Positions 39,839-52,100 of a DNA stretch of 64,000 nucleotides are shown in pieces. The notes under the pieces are model-generated. The model made no database searches. It was not told the origin of the DNA and saw only the letters and a program-made list of their open reading frames with translations. The DNA comes from Lama guanicoe. Taxonomy: Eukaryota. Made by a program: the position numbers and the translations under genes. Each line of letters opens with the position of its first letter. Position 1 is the stretch's first letter. The stretch spans positions 124,001 to 188,000 of the forward strand of contig MU053652.1 in assembly GCA_013239625.1 (NCBI GenBank), given 5' to 3'.

Positions 39839-39861
39839 GCGGCATCCTGGGAAGTGTAGTC
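39839..39861 (-). promoter_or_regulatory. ZNF143/THAP11 (SBS) motif
   Basis: Reverse complement reads GACTACACTTCCCAGGATGCCGC, a near-perfect consensus match. Confidence 0.75.
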
Positions 39862-40101
39862 TGGCTCGAAGTCGGACGCCCCCTCGGATGAATGGGCCCC
39901 CGCTGACTGCGAGCTACAGCTCTTCCTCCGTCAGCGTCGGTGGCGGCCGCGGGGAAGAGGGAGACTGCGGCGGCCCGAGGAGAGCAGCGTTCCGGGACGG
40001 TGGTGATGTTCAGTGCCGCGGCGAAGCGGCAGCCAGGCTTCCTGGGGTAGCGGTCTAGGCGGGCGCTTCCTCTGCGCGCTCGCTCCCTCCGCCGCCCGGC
40101 C

Positions 40102-40178
40102 ATGCACCCGGCCTTCGCGGTGGGCCTGGTTTTCGCAGGCTGCTGCAGTAACGTGATCTTCCTAGAGCTCCTGGCCCG
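40102..40178 (+). CDS. SLC35B4: SLC35B4 coding exon 1 (MHPAFAVGLVFAGCCSNVIFLELLAR)
   Basis: ATG in Kozak-like context ccggccATGc; donor cg|GTGAGT at 40179. Confidence 0.96.
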
Positions 40179-43100
40179 GTGAGTGACCCCGCTGGCCGCA
40201 CTACAGACGCTGGAGGAGGGGCGCCCCCGCGTGTCAGTCTCCCGAGCCGCGCCCCTACCCGAGGTGCGCGGGGGCCGGGGTGGGACCGCCTGAGCCCCGG
40301 GTCGGCTCTGGGCTGCCTGGGACCTGGCTGAGTCGGCTGCTGGGTTATTCTGCGCACCGCCCGCTGTCCCGCCCAATAGTTTCACAGGATCCTTCGAGGG
40401 GAACACTCGGGGTGTTGCTGTCGTCACCCCCGTTTCACATCCTGAGGGACTGAAGCCCGGGGAGCTTTTCTTCCAAGGTCAGCAGGGAGCTCGTGGCGGA
40501 ACCCAAGGTTCCTCCAGCTCTTTTCTCCATCCTGCCACATGTTTGACTTGAGCAAAGCTTTTTGACTTAAAAAGCAGTCTGATTTGGTACAGGCTGCGAA
40601 GAAAGTTTCAGTTGTATTAAAATGGCCTGCAAAGCATTTGTTTTATTGGCTCTAGAGATGGTTTTGAGTACTTTGCCCAACATATCTCTCAGTGATGAGG
40701 TCCAACTGACCGCAGATATCATTTCCAGCATTAAGATACTAAATTAGGAAGCATGCAGGTTGAGGCGTAACTTTATAAATTGAGAATGATTATGACTCTT
40801 TCTCAAAGGGACACCAGGGTAGCTTTATTGAGGTGGCATGCAAATAATGTTGAGCAATAAAGTGCAAAGTTCAGTAAATAGAAGCTGTTACAGAAAAGGC
40901 AACAACAGGTGGACTGGAAAAGGCTCAGGACTGAAAAATCTGTTACGAGTTTCAGTCTTTGGCTCTGCCATCCACTGGCTTTGTGACCTTTTCAAGTCGT
41001 TTAGCATCTCTGAGCTTCCTTTTTCCACTTGTGAAATAATAATCGATGGTGCTGTGTAGCGCCATGTTTTTAAATCTACACATTATCTCCATTGACCATC
41101 AGAACAATCTTATGTACAAGATAGGCTAAGAATTACATTCTTTTGTTTTTACTGAAAGTCAAACAGGTCCCAAGAAGTTAGATGGTCTTTTACTACTTTT
41201 AATTGGCAGAACCAGGGCTGGAATCCAGGAATCTAAACTCCTAGCCCAATACTGTTTTCTACCTTCCTGTTATTTTTCCACTTCAGCAGCCCATAGCCCA
41301 GTTTTTGACGTGGTGCCTACTAGAAAAAATGTACTTTATTTTTATGATACTGTTGATTAATTAAGTCATTCTGAAGCAACCAGTTAAGGTTAAACTCTGT
41401 GGGGTTAATTTTTTTAATTTAATTTTTATGATTGCAGAGCTTGAAATTGTGTCTTGCAAAAAAATGTTGGTAAAGATCTGTCATTTGTCATTCTTGGAAG
41501 TAGGTGGTGAGGGATATGAAAATGAAAAGAAGTGTCTCCAGCTGTCAGCTGGGGCACTTCAAAGGAAGGTCACTTTGGAAATGGATTTAAAAATATAAAA
41601 ATGTGATAAAATCAGGCCAGCCATGGAAATGAAGGTCAGAGAATAATACTGTAATGTTTGTGTTGAATATGCTGTTAAATTAAATCTTGCCAAAGGCTGT
41701 GTGACATCAAAATATGCTAGCAACTGAAGGCCCTTTTCACTAGTTGTAAGCCCTTAGCTGAATTACTTGATCTCGGCGAGTCTGTTTTCAGCTGTGAGAG
41801 GGCGGTGATGGCTCTACCAGCCTTCGCTGGGTATGGAAGGATTAAATGAGACACAGGTGCAAAGTCAAAAGCTCCCAGTCAGTTCCCCTTCTACCTAACA
41901 ACTTTTGTTTCAATACACGTAGACCCTGCTTTATTGAGCTGTTCCTGAAAAATTGTGGGCAAATGTAACTTTACAGAATGTTTTTCTACATTATAGGAGC
42001 TTCTATTTAGAATACTTTGAATCATTTGTTAAAAAAAAATCATCATTCCTTATCTTTTTTGTAAATCTGGATTTTTACATACAGCCATGGGTTTTCATAA
42101 AGTGGTAAGGGGTACATTTGTTAATTTAAAGAATGGTACCCCAGGCCGAATAGCAGCTTTTTCCTGATTTGCTTGGGCAGCTCACAGCTTATCGTGTTTC
42201 AGATCAGGATAATAAGAGCCGGTTGGACCAGATGGTCTTTAAGGTTCTTTGTAGATTTTTCCTGTCATAATATGTTACTTTATCTTGGGACATCACAGTG
42301 GAAGGCTAATAAATTTTTATGGAGCAAGAACTGTCTTCTCACATGGCTTCCTTGGACTCATTAGGTGCTCTTGAAAGTGGGGATTAGGACACTAAGTGTG
42401 AATGGAAATGCTAAAGTGACAGCTAGAGAGAAGTGAACATTTTTAACCATTTTCCTTCAAATTGGAGAAACACATTTAGGGTTTCCTTTCTGATTTCGTA
42501 CCTATAATTAGGACCTATAATAAAATGGAAATCACCATGCAGTATACAGAGCGGACATGAAGTAATGAATGAGTGCATTGATCTCTGTCCTGAGAGAGGT
42601 TACCTTCCACCTTGGAAATGGGATCCGCACCCATCAGGCTCACTAACTAGGCGAGGTGTCTTACGTCAGGAAAACAATCGGAAACATTCTCTTTCCCTGG
42701 TTTTACTTTCCAATCAAGTGCCTGATGTTAATCAAATAAGTTTTCTAAATCTAGCATAAGAAATACGGAAGTCATAAACTATCTTCCTAATTCTTTCTCT
42801 TCAAAGTTGCTTTTTTTTTTAAAAAAAAGAAGTACAAATTTGGATTCTTGCCAAAGAGACTTCAAAGGGAAAGTGTTTGCAGTTAGTGATTATCATTCCC
42901 GGGGAATAAAGTTCAAGAAAACAAGTGATTTAGGGGGAAAGGATTCAAGTTTTTACTCTGAAGTTTTAAAGTGAATTATCCAAGTTAAAATAAATAGTTC
43001 CATTGGTAGCTGTACAGCAATGTGTTCTTAAAAAGCTCTGTAAGTTGATTTTTTAAATCGAATTATGTGGGTACATTAGAAAGATATAAACATCCTATGG

Positions 43101-46100
43101 AAATGGAGATAAAGTAGATTAGAATTGTCAAAGGGAGGGGGAAATGAGGAATGACTCTTAATGGGTATTATATAATTTTGGGACACAGAAGTGTGGTAAT
43201 GGCCATACAACTCTGTACTGAAAACCATTGAATTGTTAAAAAAAAATAATAGCAATAATAAGGGGGTCTGCAAACACCATGTATTTGCCAGGTGACCCTG
43301 GGAAACTTACCTAACTCAGTGCCATGTGGCCCCCAGTGTCTTTAGCAATAAAATGGGCATAATAATACCTACCTCCGTAAAAACAGATGAAATTAAAAAT
43401 TATTATGATGACTTTTTTAAAAAAATCCTATGAAGAATACACTTTTAAAGTGAATCATTTTCTTGAACTAGTTACTTTTAACTCTCATACAATCTGAATA
43501 TTGTAGATCACGTTTGCTTCAAGTGAGGCAGCCCTACATTCGTTCAGTTGCTTGAGTGAAGACCAGACACGGTGCCCAGTTGAATTGGCTTAAGCTTTTG
43601 GTAAAGAGAAAATGGAAGGGAAAGCAAGAAACGTGACGAGCCCCTTTTGGACTAAGTATTGTGCTTGGCACTTGATGCATATTTTCTCTGAATCCTCACA
43701 ATGATGTTAGACAACATCTCCATTTTATAGGAGAGAAAAAAATGGGTCAATGTAAATGTCTTTAAAAGGGTTACTATACTTAGATTGAAGGCCTTTCAAT
43801 ATGCAAGATTCTAGTGTTCCAGTCTTTGTCTTTTCCCCTCTGTTAGGAGCTTTTCAGGGACTGGGTTATTTACTGTACAATAAACCAGTGAGACAGGCAC
43901 TAATTCCGTTGCCATTTTAAAGATAAGAAAACTTAGAGTAATTAACTTCCACTGCCACAGGGTAAGGGGCGCAGCTGGATCCTGTGTGTCCCTGTGTTCT
44001 TCTAACCACTGTGGGGAACACTGGTTCTCAACCCTGTGACACACTCACACCCCCTCCTACACCTCCCAGCTCTTTTTCCAGACCTACACTGGTGGTTCTC
44101 AACTCTGGGTGCACATTCGGATCAAGAGGGACGTTTTCAAAAGTAACAGATTCCAGGGCCCTGTCCCAGACCAGTCCTATCAGAAATCAGAACTGGGAGG
44201 GTGAGGCTTTCAGGCCGACGGGTTTTAAAAGAGCAGCCCAGCCAGAGCTGAAAAGCACTGTGCTAGGAACAATCCAGAGTTCCTCCTCCTGCCACTCATA
44301 TTTAGGCTAATGGTTTTAATTAGCTCCCTGAATGAGGCAAGCATCTTACGTGATTATTTATGGATTCCGGCACCGTAGCGCCCTGTCCCTTGAACATAAG
44401 GAGTGCTAAAAGAAATGGTGCAGCTGGATATAAAGCAGTGGTTTTCCAGGGAACCGTCCTGGGCAGTAGAGCCTAAAGGGTAGCAAGCTCAGCTCTGTAC
44501 AAGGATGGCTTACGCTCGGCCTTAGTTTTGTGCTGGGCGGGTGTATTTAAGCATGTGATCCTAGGACAGGAAGTACTCCTTGTCTTGATCCACAGGGCTA
44601 TTGAGTGTCTGCATCTGTGAAAGCAGACCTAAAATTTGTGTTTTTCAGTATGTGTACGTTGTACCTCAATAAAACAAAACAAAACAAACAAGAATGTGAT
44701 CCTATTAATACCACTATGGAGAATGGAGTTGTTTTCAATAAATAGCATTATATTAAGATATAATAATATAGTTAAATCCCTTTAATCACTAGCTATGAGC
44801 AAATGTCTTGGTTAAGATGAAAATAGAGAATATGAAGTCTATATTTGATAACATGGGAATAATGGGAACGTGGGAAATCTGGAAGCTTCGGTAAGACAAA
44901 GGTAACTGCTGACTTTGCACTTCTTCCAGTGACCGAGCAGAGCTTCACGGAGGACAGGCTTTCAGTAATCAGTGACAAACTTTCACAGAGTGCCTCAGGA
45001 GGGTTGCCAGAGGAATTTCCACCTTGTAGACATGTTCCTAACAGTCACTGCGGAAAACTCCCTCCACCCTTACACAGATCACTGAACAAGGCGATTGAAT
45101 TCCATGAGCTTTCACTGGGTGCCTAGTCTGTGTTAAGGGTTGTGGAGAATAGTAGACTCCAGTGCTCCTCAAACCTCCCCTCATTATCGCTCCTTATCAC
45201 CCCCCACTCCCACCAAAGACCCTTTTTTCCCCTAATCGTCCCTCCACAGATACACTATATATGGGTTTAGGTACTGTGTGTATATTGATGCTTTATACTT
45301 ACAAAAATATTAAGATTTCCTTGCCCCCCACCACCAAGAACCAATTGTTGCTGCCGTGGGGGGCTCTGTCTAAGGTAATGGATGTCCTTGTCATCAACAC
45401 TGGGTACGAGTCTTCTGTTGACACCTGTCTCAGAAGTTCTGGGCCCAGAGGCTATGAAAACATCCCAGGAGACCTGAGCATATTTCTGTCCTCGAGCTTT
45501 GTGCTTAAGCTGACAAGGACCTGGAACAAAGCCCTCTTGGTTAAGTGAGGATCCTAACAAGACCATAAAAGGAAAAAAAAAAAAAGACCACATGACCGAC
45601 TTTCCGCAGTTTCCTGGGAAAGCTGTATCTCAGTTCTCAGAACGAGCATGATCAGCATGACTCTTCCCCATGGCCCGCTACTCCCATGGCGGGGCGAAGT
45701 GGGGAAGCCAGTGATCTTGCCTGTGGGTCTAGTGCGCTTCGTGTCATCTGTGGGAGGTGAGAACTGAAACAAAGGAGGACAGTGGGTAATACAAATCTCT
45801 GCTCCTTGGTATCTGTGCCCTTTCTCTCAGTTTTTTGGTGCCTTTTGTTTTCTTCCTTTATGTTCTTTGCTACGCAGGAGGCATCCAGGATGTGGGAACA
45901 TTGTGACGTTTGCACAATTTTTATTTATTGCTGTGGAAGGCTTCCTCTTTGAAGCTGATTTGGGAAGGAAGCGGCCAGCTATCCCAATAAGGTATGGCCC
46001 TTTGAAGTCTCTTTTAGCCCTCCTTTTTTTTTTTTAAAAGTTAAGAGCTTTACTGGTACCTATATAAAAGGAAATGAGGCATCTTTTTATAAGATTTGTG

Positions 46101-49100
46101 TCAAAGATATCAGTAGAATAATTCATTTTCTGAATTTAATACATTATGGAACTCTATAGAGAGCCTAGTTTTAGAATAAAATTCCTGCCACAACACTTAA
46201 TATAACTCTGACAACTATGCGTATGTAGTGTATGGTGTGTGTTTCTGTCAGTTAAAAGTCTTGTGTGACCACCAATTTTTAAATAGTTCTGTATGTTATT
46301 ATCTCCATGTTGGTAAAGTTATCAAATGTGGTAAGAGTAGTATCATTGCTTCTTTTAAAAAACTAATGGCTTTTGGAAATACAGGTGGTGGTTACACAAC
46401 ATTGTAAATGTATTAAGTGTCCTAAATTGTTCACTCTAAATGGTTTATTTGATGTTATGTGAATTTCACATCAATTGAGAGGAAATGAATGGCAAGTTCA
46501 GGTAAGGTAAAACTGTTGATTCCAGACCTCCATCCATTAGTCCGAATTTGTGTAACTGTACTCATGGGGCCAAATGAAAAACAGGGCAGTTCTTACAGTA
46601 AACAATGTATTGCAGACTCAGCATTCTTGCCGTGAGAGACTTGAATAAACGTGTGATTTTTTTTATCCAATGGGGAGTATTTAGTAGGCTAGCGGCCCTT
46701 AATCCCTTTGAGAGGGACGATCTGGTGTGAATGCATCAGAGGACTGGTTAGGATTCCTCCTTGTTGGTATTATGTTGCAGTGTTCCTGAGTAGCTTGCTC
46801 TAGAAAATCTGGCTGAATTTTGTTACTAATATTATATTTTAAAATTTCCCAATGTGATGCTAAATATTCTGAATACCTCCCCCCCCACCATTGACTTTAG
46901 TATCTGCGTGAAACTTTCTGCTACCACGACCAGCATTTACACCAGAGTAGGAGCTCCAGCATTTTTTTTGATTCCTCTGACCCTTTCCCTCCTCCTTGCG
47001 CTATTTCTTTCTACTCTGGCTGCCACTAGTTTCGTTCAGGAACGTGGCGTAGTCACTCTCCCCACAACGTTTATACTAATAGCCTCGCTGGCTGACCTCC
47101 TGCCTGTCCCCTCTTCATCCCTCCATTTCAACTTCCTGCCACTGCCTCGTGACGCCTGCTCTCACAAGCACTCAGGGGTCACCGTTAGGTTCAGAGTGAA
47201 GCCCAAACTCTGATGCTTCTTGGATGCTCCCCATCATCTTGTCCTAACAGCCACAATGTCCAGTGTGTGCTGGGTATTTTGCTTTCTCTCCATGAGGCTA
47301 GAATCAAAACCTCGCTCATGTCATTCATTCCCGTGAGCGATCTCTAGGCAGTGCTAGGCAGGCAGCAGTACAGAATAGCTGAAACTAATTATCCTGAAAG
47401 AACTTGATGAACTCACTTTATCTCCAAATGGCGTCCTTTCAAGATAGGACTTAGAAAATGGGGCAAGAAACCTTGTGAAATCACCGATAGTGTATTACTC
47501 AGAGGCTGTGAAGTAGGTCTTACCAGTAACTCTGCCCTCTGCTCTCTGCATTCGTGGTAAAGCTCCTCACACTTTCCAGACTGTGTTCATTCAGCCCTGG
47601 TATGGTTGCCTCTCCGGGCAAACAGTGCCACGCCTAACCAGGGACACAAAACAGGCTCTGGTCAGGGAAGATCACTTGAGACTCAATGTTGTCATGTTCT
47701 CCAGATGTGCAAAGGTGAAAAAGGATGGGGACCTGTGCTTAAAGACTTCCACCCTTTCCTGGAAAATATCCAGCCACTTACTCACCTTTGCCTTGCACTC
47801 CAGCCATGTACTTCAAGAATAGTATTTTTCTCTTTTTGAATGTATTAGGTTCATATGAAATTGCTGATGTTCAGCCCCTTTTGACCTACAAAAATGGCAT
47901 TTTAAATGGTTGAAGCTGATATGTATGAAAGGCATCTTAAGGATTTTCTAGATCAAAATAGGGGCATTACAAATATAAAATTATTTACTTAATTTATTTA
48001 TAATTTTTCATTTGTGTTTATCCCTTTACCTTTTTAAGTGATTAGGATTACTGATTCTTTTTTAGCTTTTGTTGTTGTTATTTGAAGACCTGTAAATTCT
48101 CAAAAAACAGGTTTCTTGATTTTAAATACAAATCTATATAAGTCAAATGGTGTCCTCATTAATCTGGAGGCCACTGGTTCAGAAGGTGGGGTAATTTTAA
48201 CAGCTTCTAGGCTAAAAGTAACTGTTGACTGAGCAAATATTTTTAGAAACAGTGACAATGGTATTAACAAGTTTGTAGAGGAAATATTTGAGAGTTTAAC
48301 CATTTACAAGTTCTTTAGACGTGTATGAAAATTATATACAAAGAACTTACAGAATAATAATTATCTATTCACTTAAAAAAAAACCCTATTGCTGTATGTA
48401 TATTAGGTAACTTTTTGAAGCCTCATTTTTATTGCTATGCATACTTGAAACATATTAAAATAGTGTTTCTTGAAACATTCTTTAGTCCAGACTTCTTCCA
48501 CATCAGTCTGGCTTTGTGAAGTATTTTCATATGTACCTAGTCTTTGACTTCACATTCTAATAGTGATACAATCTTTTAATACAGAGGCCACAAGCATAAT
48601 ACATTTTTATCCAGAAGTATGCGTTTCCTTCTCTACTTGGTTTTCTTGAAATAGCAGATTCTGTGTGGTGTGAGCTGTTGTCTCTGCATCTCAGGTACTA
48701 TGCCGTGATGGTGACCATGTTCTTCACCGTCAGCGTGGTGAACAACTACGCCCTGAACCTCAACATCGCCATGCCGCTGCACATGATATTTAGATCCGTA
48801 AGTGCTGCGGGCGCTCGTGCGTGCGTTCCTCTGGGAGATGCAGCTAAGTGGGTGCATTAAACACATGGAAGAGGTAGAAAGATCCTGTAAGATGTAAAGG
48901 CTCAGATACAAGAATAGGTCTTACGAAGGAGTAAGCAGAGGCTGGCTTCCATCTGAGAAGTGAGACAAAAAGAGAGAAATTGGAAGGTGGGTGGTTTATG
49001 TTTATTTATGAGAGGTCTTACGAGCAACTAATAAAAGAAGAGTTAATATCTCCTCGGGACACAGATTTTACCTTTAATTTCCTTCATCTGGTTAATTTTA

Positions 49101-52100
49101 TATTTAGTTTTGCTATGAATGTTATTTAACTTATTTGTCATCACTCTTTGTTTCTTTCATAAAATTACATTTACCTCTAGTACATGAAATAGGTATATCC
49201 CTTTTCTGACTTTTTTGAAAGCAGAGACTTGGGATAATTGGATAAAGGGAGGTTCCTGATGGAGGTAGATTTTCTCCCAAAGCAACAGAGGTTTTCGTCT
49301 CATGCATGGTGGGAGATCCACATTTAGTTTGTACATAAATGAGAACAGAGTGTTTCCTGAGGAACAGGAAAGAAACTCAGTGGGGGAGTGTGGTTAGGCT
49401 CGCAGAAGAATGCACAGTACGTGAAAATTAGAATTAGATCATCTCTGTGTGGCCTGAGATTTTTGTGAGACGGAACGTGCTATTCCTAATGGGACTTTCC
49501 AGAGCTGATCATAATTACTAAGATGACCTTCAAAGCATTAAGCACCTAGTAGACTTTCAATAAACACTTGCTGATTGATTGATGCCTTTCCAGAGAACAG
49601 AGATCCCTGCACAACTTCATTCAGTAAAACTGTGGGTGAGGAGAAGTTTATAAAGAGCTCCTGTAATCCAAAACCACTAGCTAAATGTATCAAATTCAGT
49701 CTGACTCACTGTGTACCATGTGAACCCTTGTAAACCAATCAAGAATAGTTATTTAATTTTGCATTTAAAGAACTGCTTTTGATAAAACCGCTTTTAGAAC
49801 TAAATAAATAAATAAATGCTCCTATAAATTAGATGGAAACTTTGGCAAAAATAAGCCTATAATATAATTTATTCCTGCCAGCCTTAGCTTCTGTTGTGAC
49901 CACTTAGTGGGAAGTGATCATTTTTATTCTCTGTCATCTTTAAAAGTTCCTGTTATTTTGTGTGATAGATTTTTATGGTTTGTACTTTTTGCCATCATAA
50001 GAACAAATGAACCTTGCTAATCATTCCATCCTAACACCCTCCTTTCCACCTGTTTTCCCCTCTTGTCCATGTTCATATGTATCTTAAATTATGCGGTTTT
50101 CTTTCCCTAGTGCACTGAAGCTCTGTCGTCTCTTTTTACAGGGTTCCCTAATTGCCAACATGATTCTAGGAATTATCATTTTGAAGAAAAGGTAAGCAAT
50201 ACTTTTTAATATTTTACGTGCAGGAAGGCTATCCTGAGCCTCAGCCGTGAGCTGGTGGGGATTCCCTTTCTCCCCACAGTGCTGTGTTTGCCCCTAGTTC
50301 TCTGTGTGACAATGCTGCCTGCTCCCGAGGCAGCGGGCCAGTGAGAGCAGCCGCAGCGTTCTCTCTGCGCTGAGCTAAGTAGCTCTTGTCATCGTTAAAT
50401 CCTTAGTTCCACACTAACCTCCGAAGCCAGTGGATCTAAAACTTCACTGTCCCACGTGGTCACCACTGGCTACATGTGACTATTTACATTTAAATTTAAA
50501 CATTTAAAAGTAAATGAAATTAAATATGTAGTTTCTCCATCTCACTAGTCACAGTTTAAGTCCCCAGTAGCCACATGTGGCTAGTGGTGACCACAGTGGA
50601 GAGTCCCAGTGTGGACATTTCCACCCTCACAGAAGTTCCGAGGGCCGGCGCTGTCCTAGGGGGCGTTCATCAGAACCACATGGTGAACTGAGGGACCCTC
50701 ACACATACTGCAAGGAAAATCCGTAACAAAGGGCCCCCGTGGCCGTGGAGACGGGATGAAAAGCTTCAGGGCTGTTCTTTGGGGCTGTCACCAGTGGCTG
50801 TCTTCGGGGGGCGGTTGGGAAATATCAGAAGTGCTGGGATGCTTTTTCAAAGCAGCTTGGAAAGTAGCTGTCAGTTCAGTGTGGGAACCAAGAGTTTTTA
50901 AGTAATAAGGGCTGTGTCATTGAAAGGACAACTGTCCTGTCCTACTAGGCTCCTGATCTTTATCTCCTGAGGCTTATGTTCCCCCAGGTGAGCACCGCTG
51001 CTGCTGGTTCCTCTTCTAGGTTCTCTCTTTTCAAGCTTGCTTGAGTAGTGGCCAACATCATTACCCTTGAAGTGAACCCTGTGCTTCTCGGTAGTGTAAA
51101 GTTCACCTTGGGACAGACCATGGCCTTTCTAACCTTTGATTTTTTGACTCATAACAGGGATACAAAAGAACATATTATAAAAGGAATGTATTCTCCTGAT
51201 AGTGCCCCGAAATTTGAGGGGCCTTTCTCAAACATCTGTTTTCCTTAAGGACTTGTTTTGAGTCTGTCATCTTAAATCTCTCTCATCTTAAACCTTCTTC
51301 AGTGTTTATCAGTCAGAGAGCAGGAATTTCCCCAAGTTAAACTGTCTAAGATCAAGAATTAGTAATTTTTTTATCTCCTTTTATTTACCTTGAGCAGAGC
51401 CCCTTCAGGTTCACAGTGTGTTCCTCATTCCAGGATTTGAAGACTGAATCTATATTCACCTTAACCACGGCCTTCACTATTTTTTAGGCCTGAATTACAA
51501 ACCTCTCTCTCTGATCTTTCCACACTGAAGAGTTCCCTGATTTTGCTATCTGCCCCAAGGAGTGCCTCTTCCCTTCTCCCACCCCTCTTCTCTAACTGTG
51601 GTGCCCTTGGCTCCTTGCTCGGCCTTTTTACCCAGTTTTGTTGGCCTTTGTATAAGGTGCTGTGAGCAAAACTATGCAGAGTATTTGAGTAGGAAACTTC
51701 AGATGTGTATAAGGTTTTCATTTTTGCCTGAGGCCCTTAGCTTTATCACCAAGAGCCTGAGAAGGATGTTAATTGATGCTATTTTGGTTAATGTGAAATG
51801 CCACTGTTATTCATGCTAATAGCCCCATTAGTTTAATATTGCTCCCTTTATTCAGCTATGCCAACATTTAAAAACAATATTTAAGTCACTCCAAAGCATA
51901 AGAACAGTACCCTCCCTGAACACAGACAATTGAATTGTTTTCTGAGTATCGAATCCTGCTGCTTGTCCCCGAGGCTCTGTTCTTCCTCTGCATGGTGCGT
52001 GGTGGGTCTCCTCACACTCCGGTTTGGGCCCCAGAAGCCAAGAAAAGCAACAGGTGTCCATTAAGATCTCAGTCAGGCGTTCATTTGGAGTCCAGAGCAG

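Larger units (their letters stand above)
39710..40500. promoter_or_regulatory. SLC35B4: CpG-island promoter / 5' UTR of SLC35B4
   Basis: Sharp rise in GC and CpG density around the start codon; no TATA box seen; CRE-like TGACGTA at 39825. Confidence 0.92.

Noticed and set aside
39920..39929. CTCTTCCTCC as a TCT/5'TOP start site
   Set aside because: The TSS cannot be placed from sequence alone and the match to the TCT consensus is imperfect
39819..40427. 202-aa antisense ORF over the promoter
   Set aside because: Expected in a GC-rich CpG island; Ala/Arg/Pro-rich with no recognisable domain
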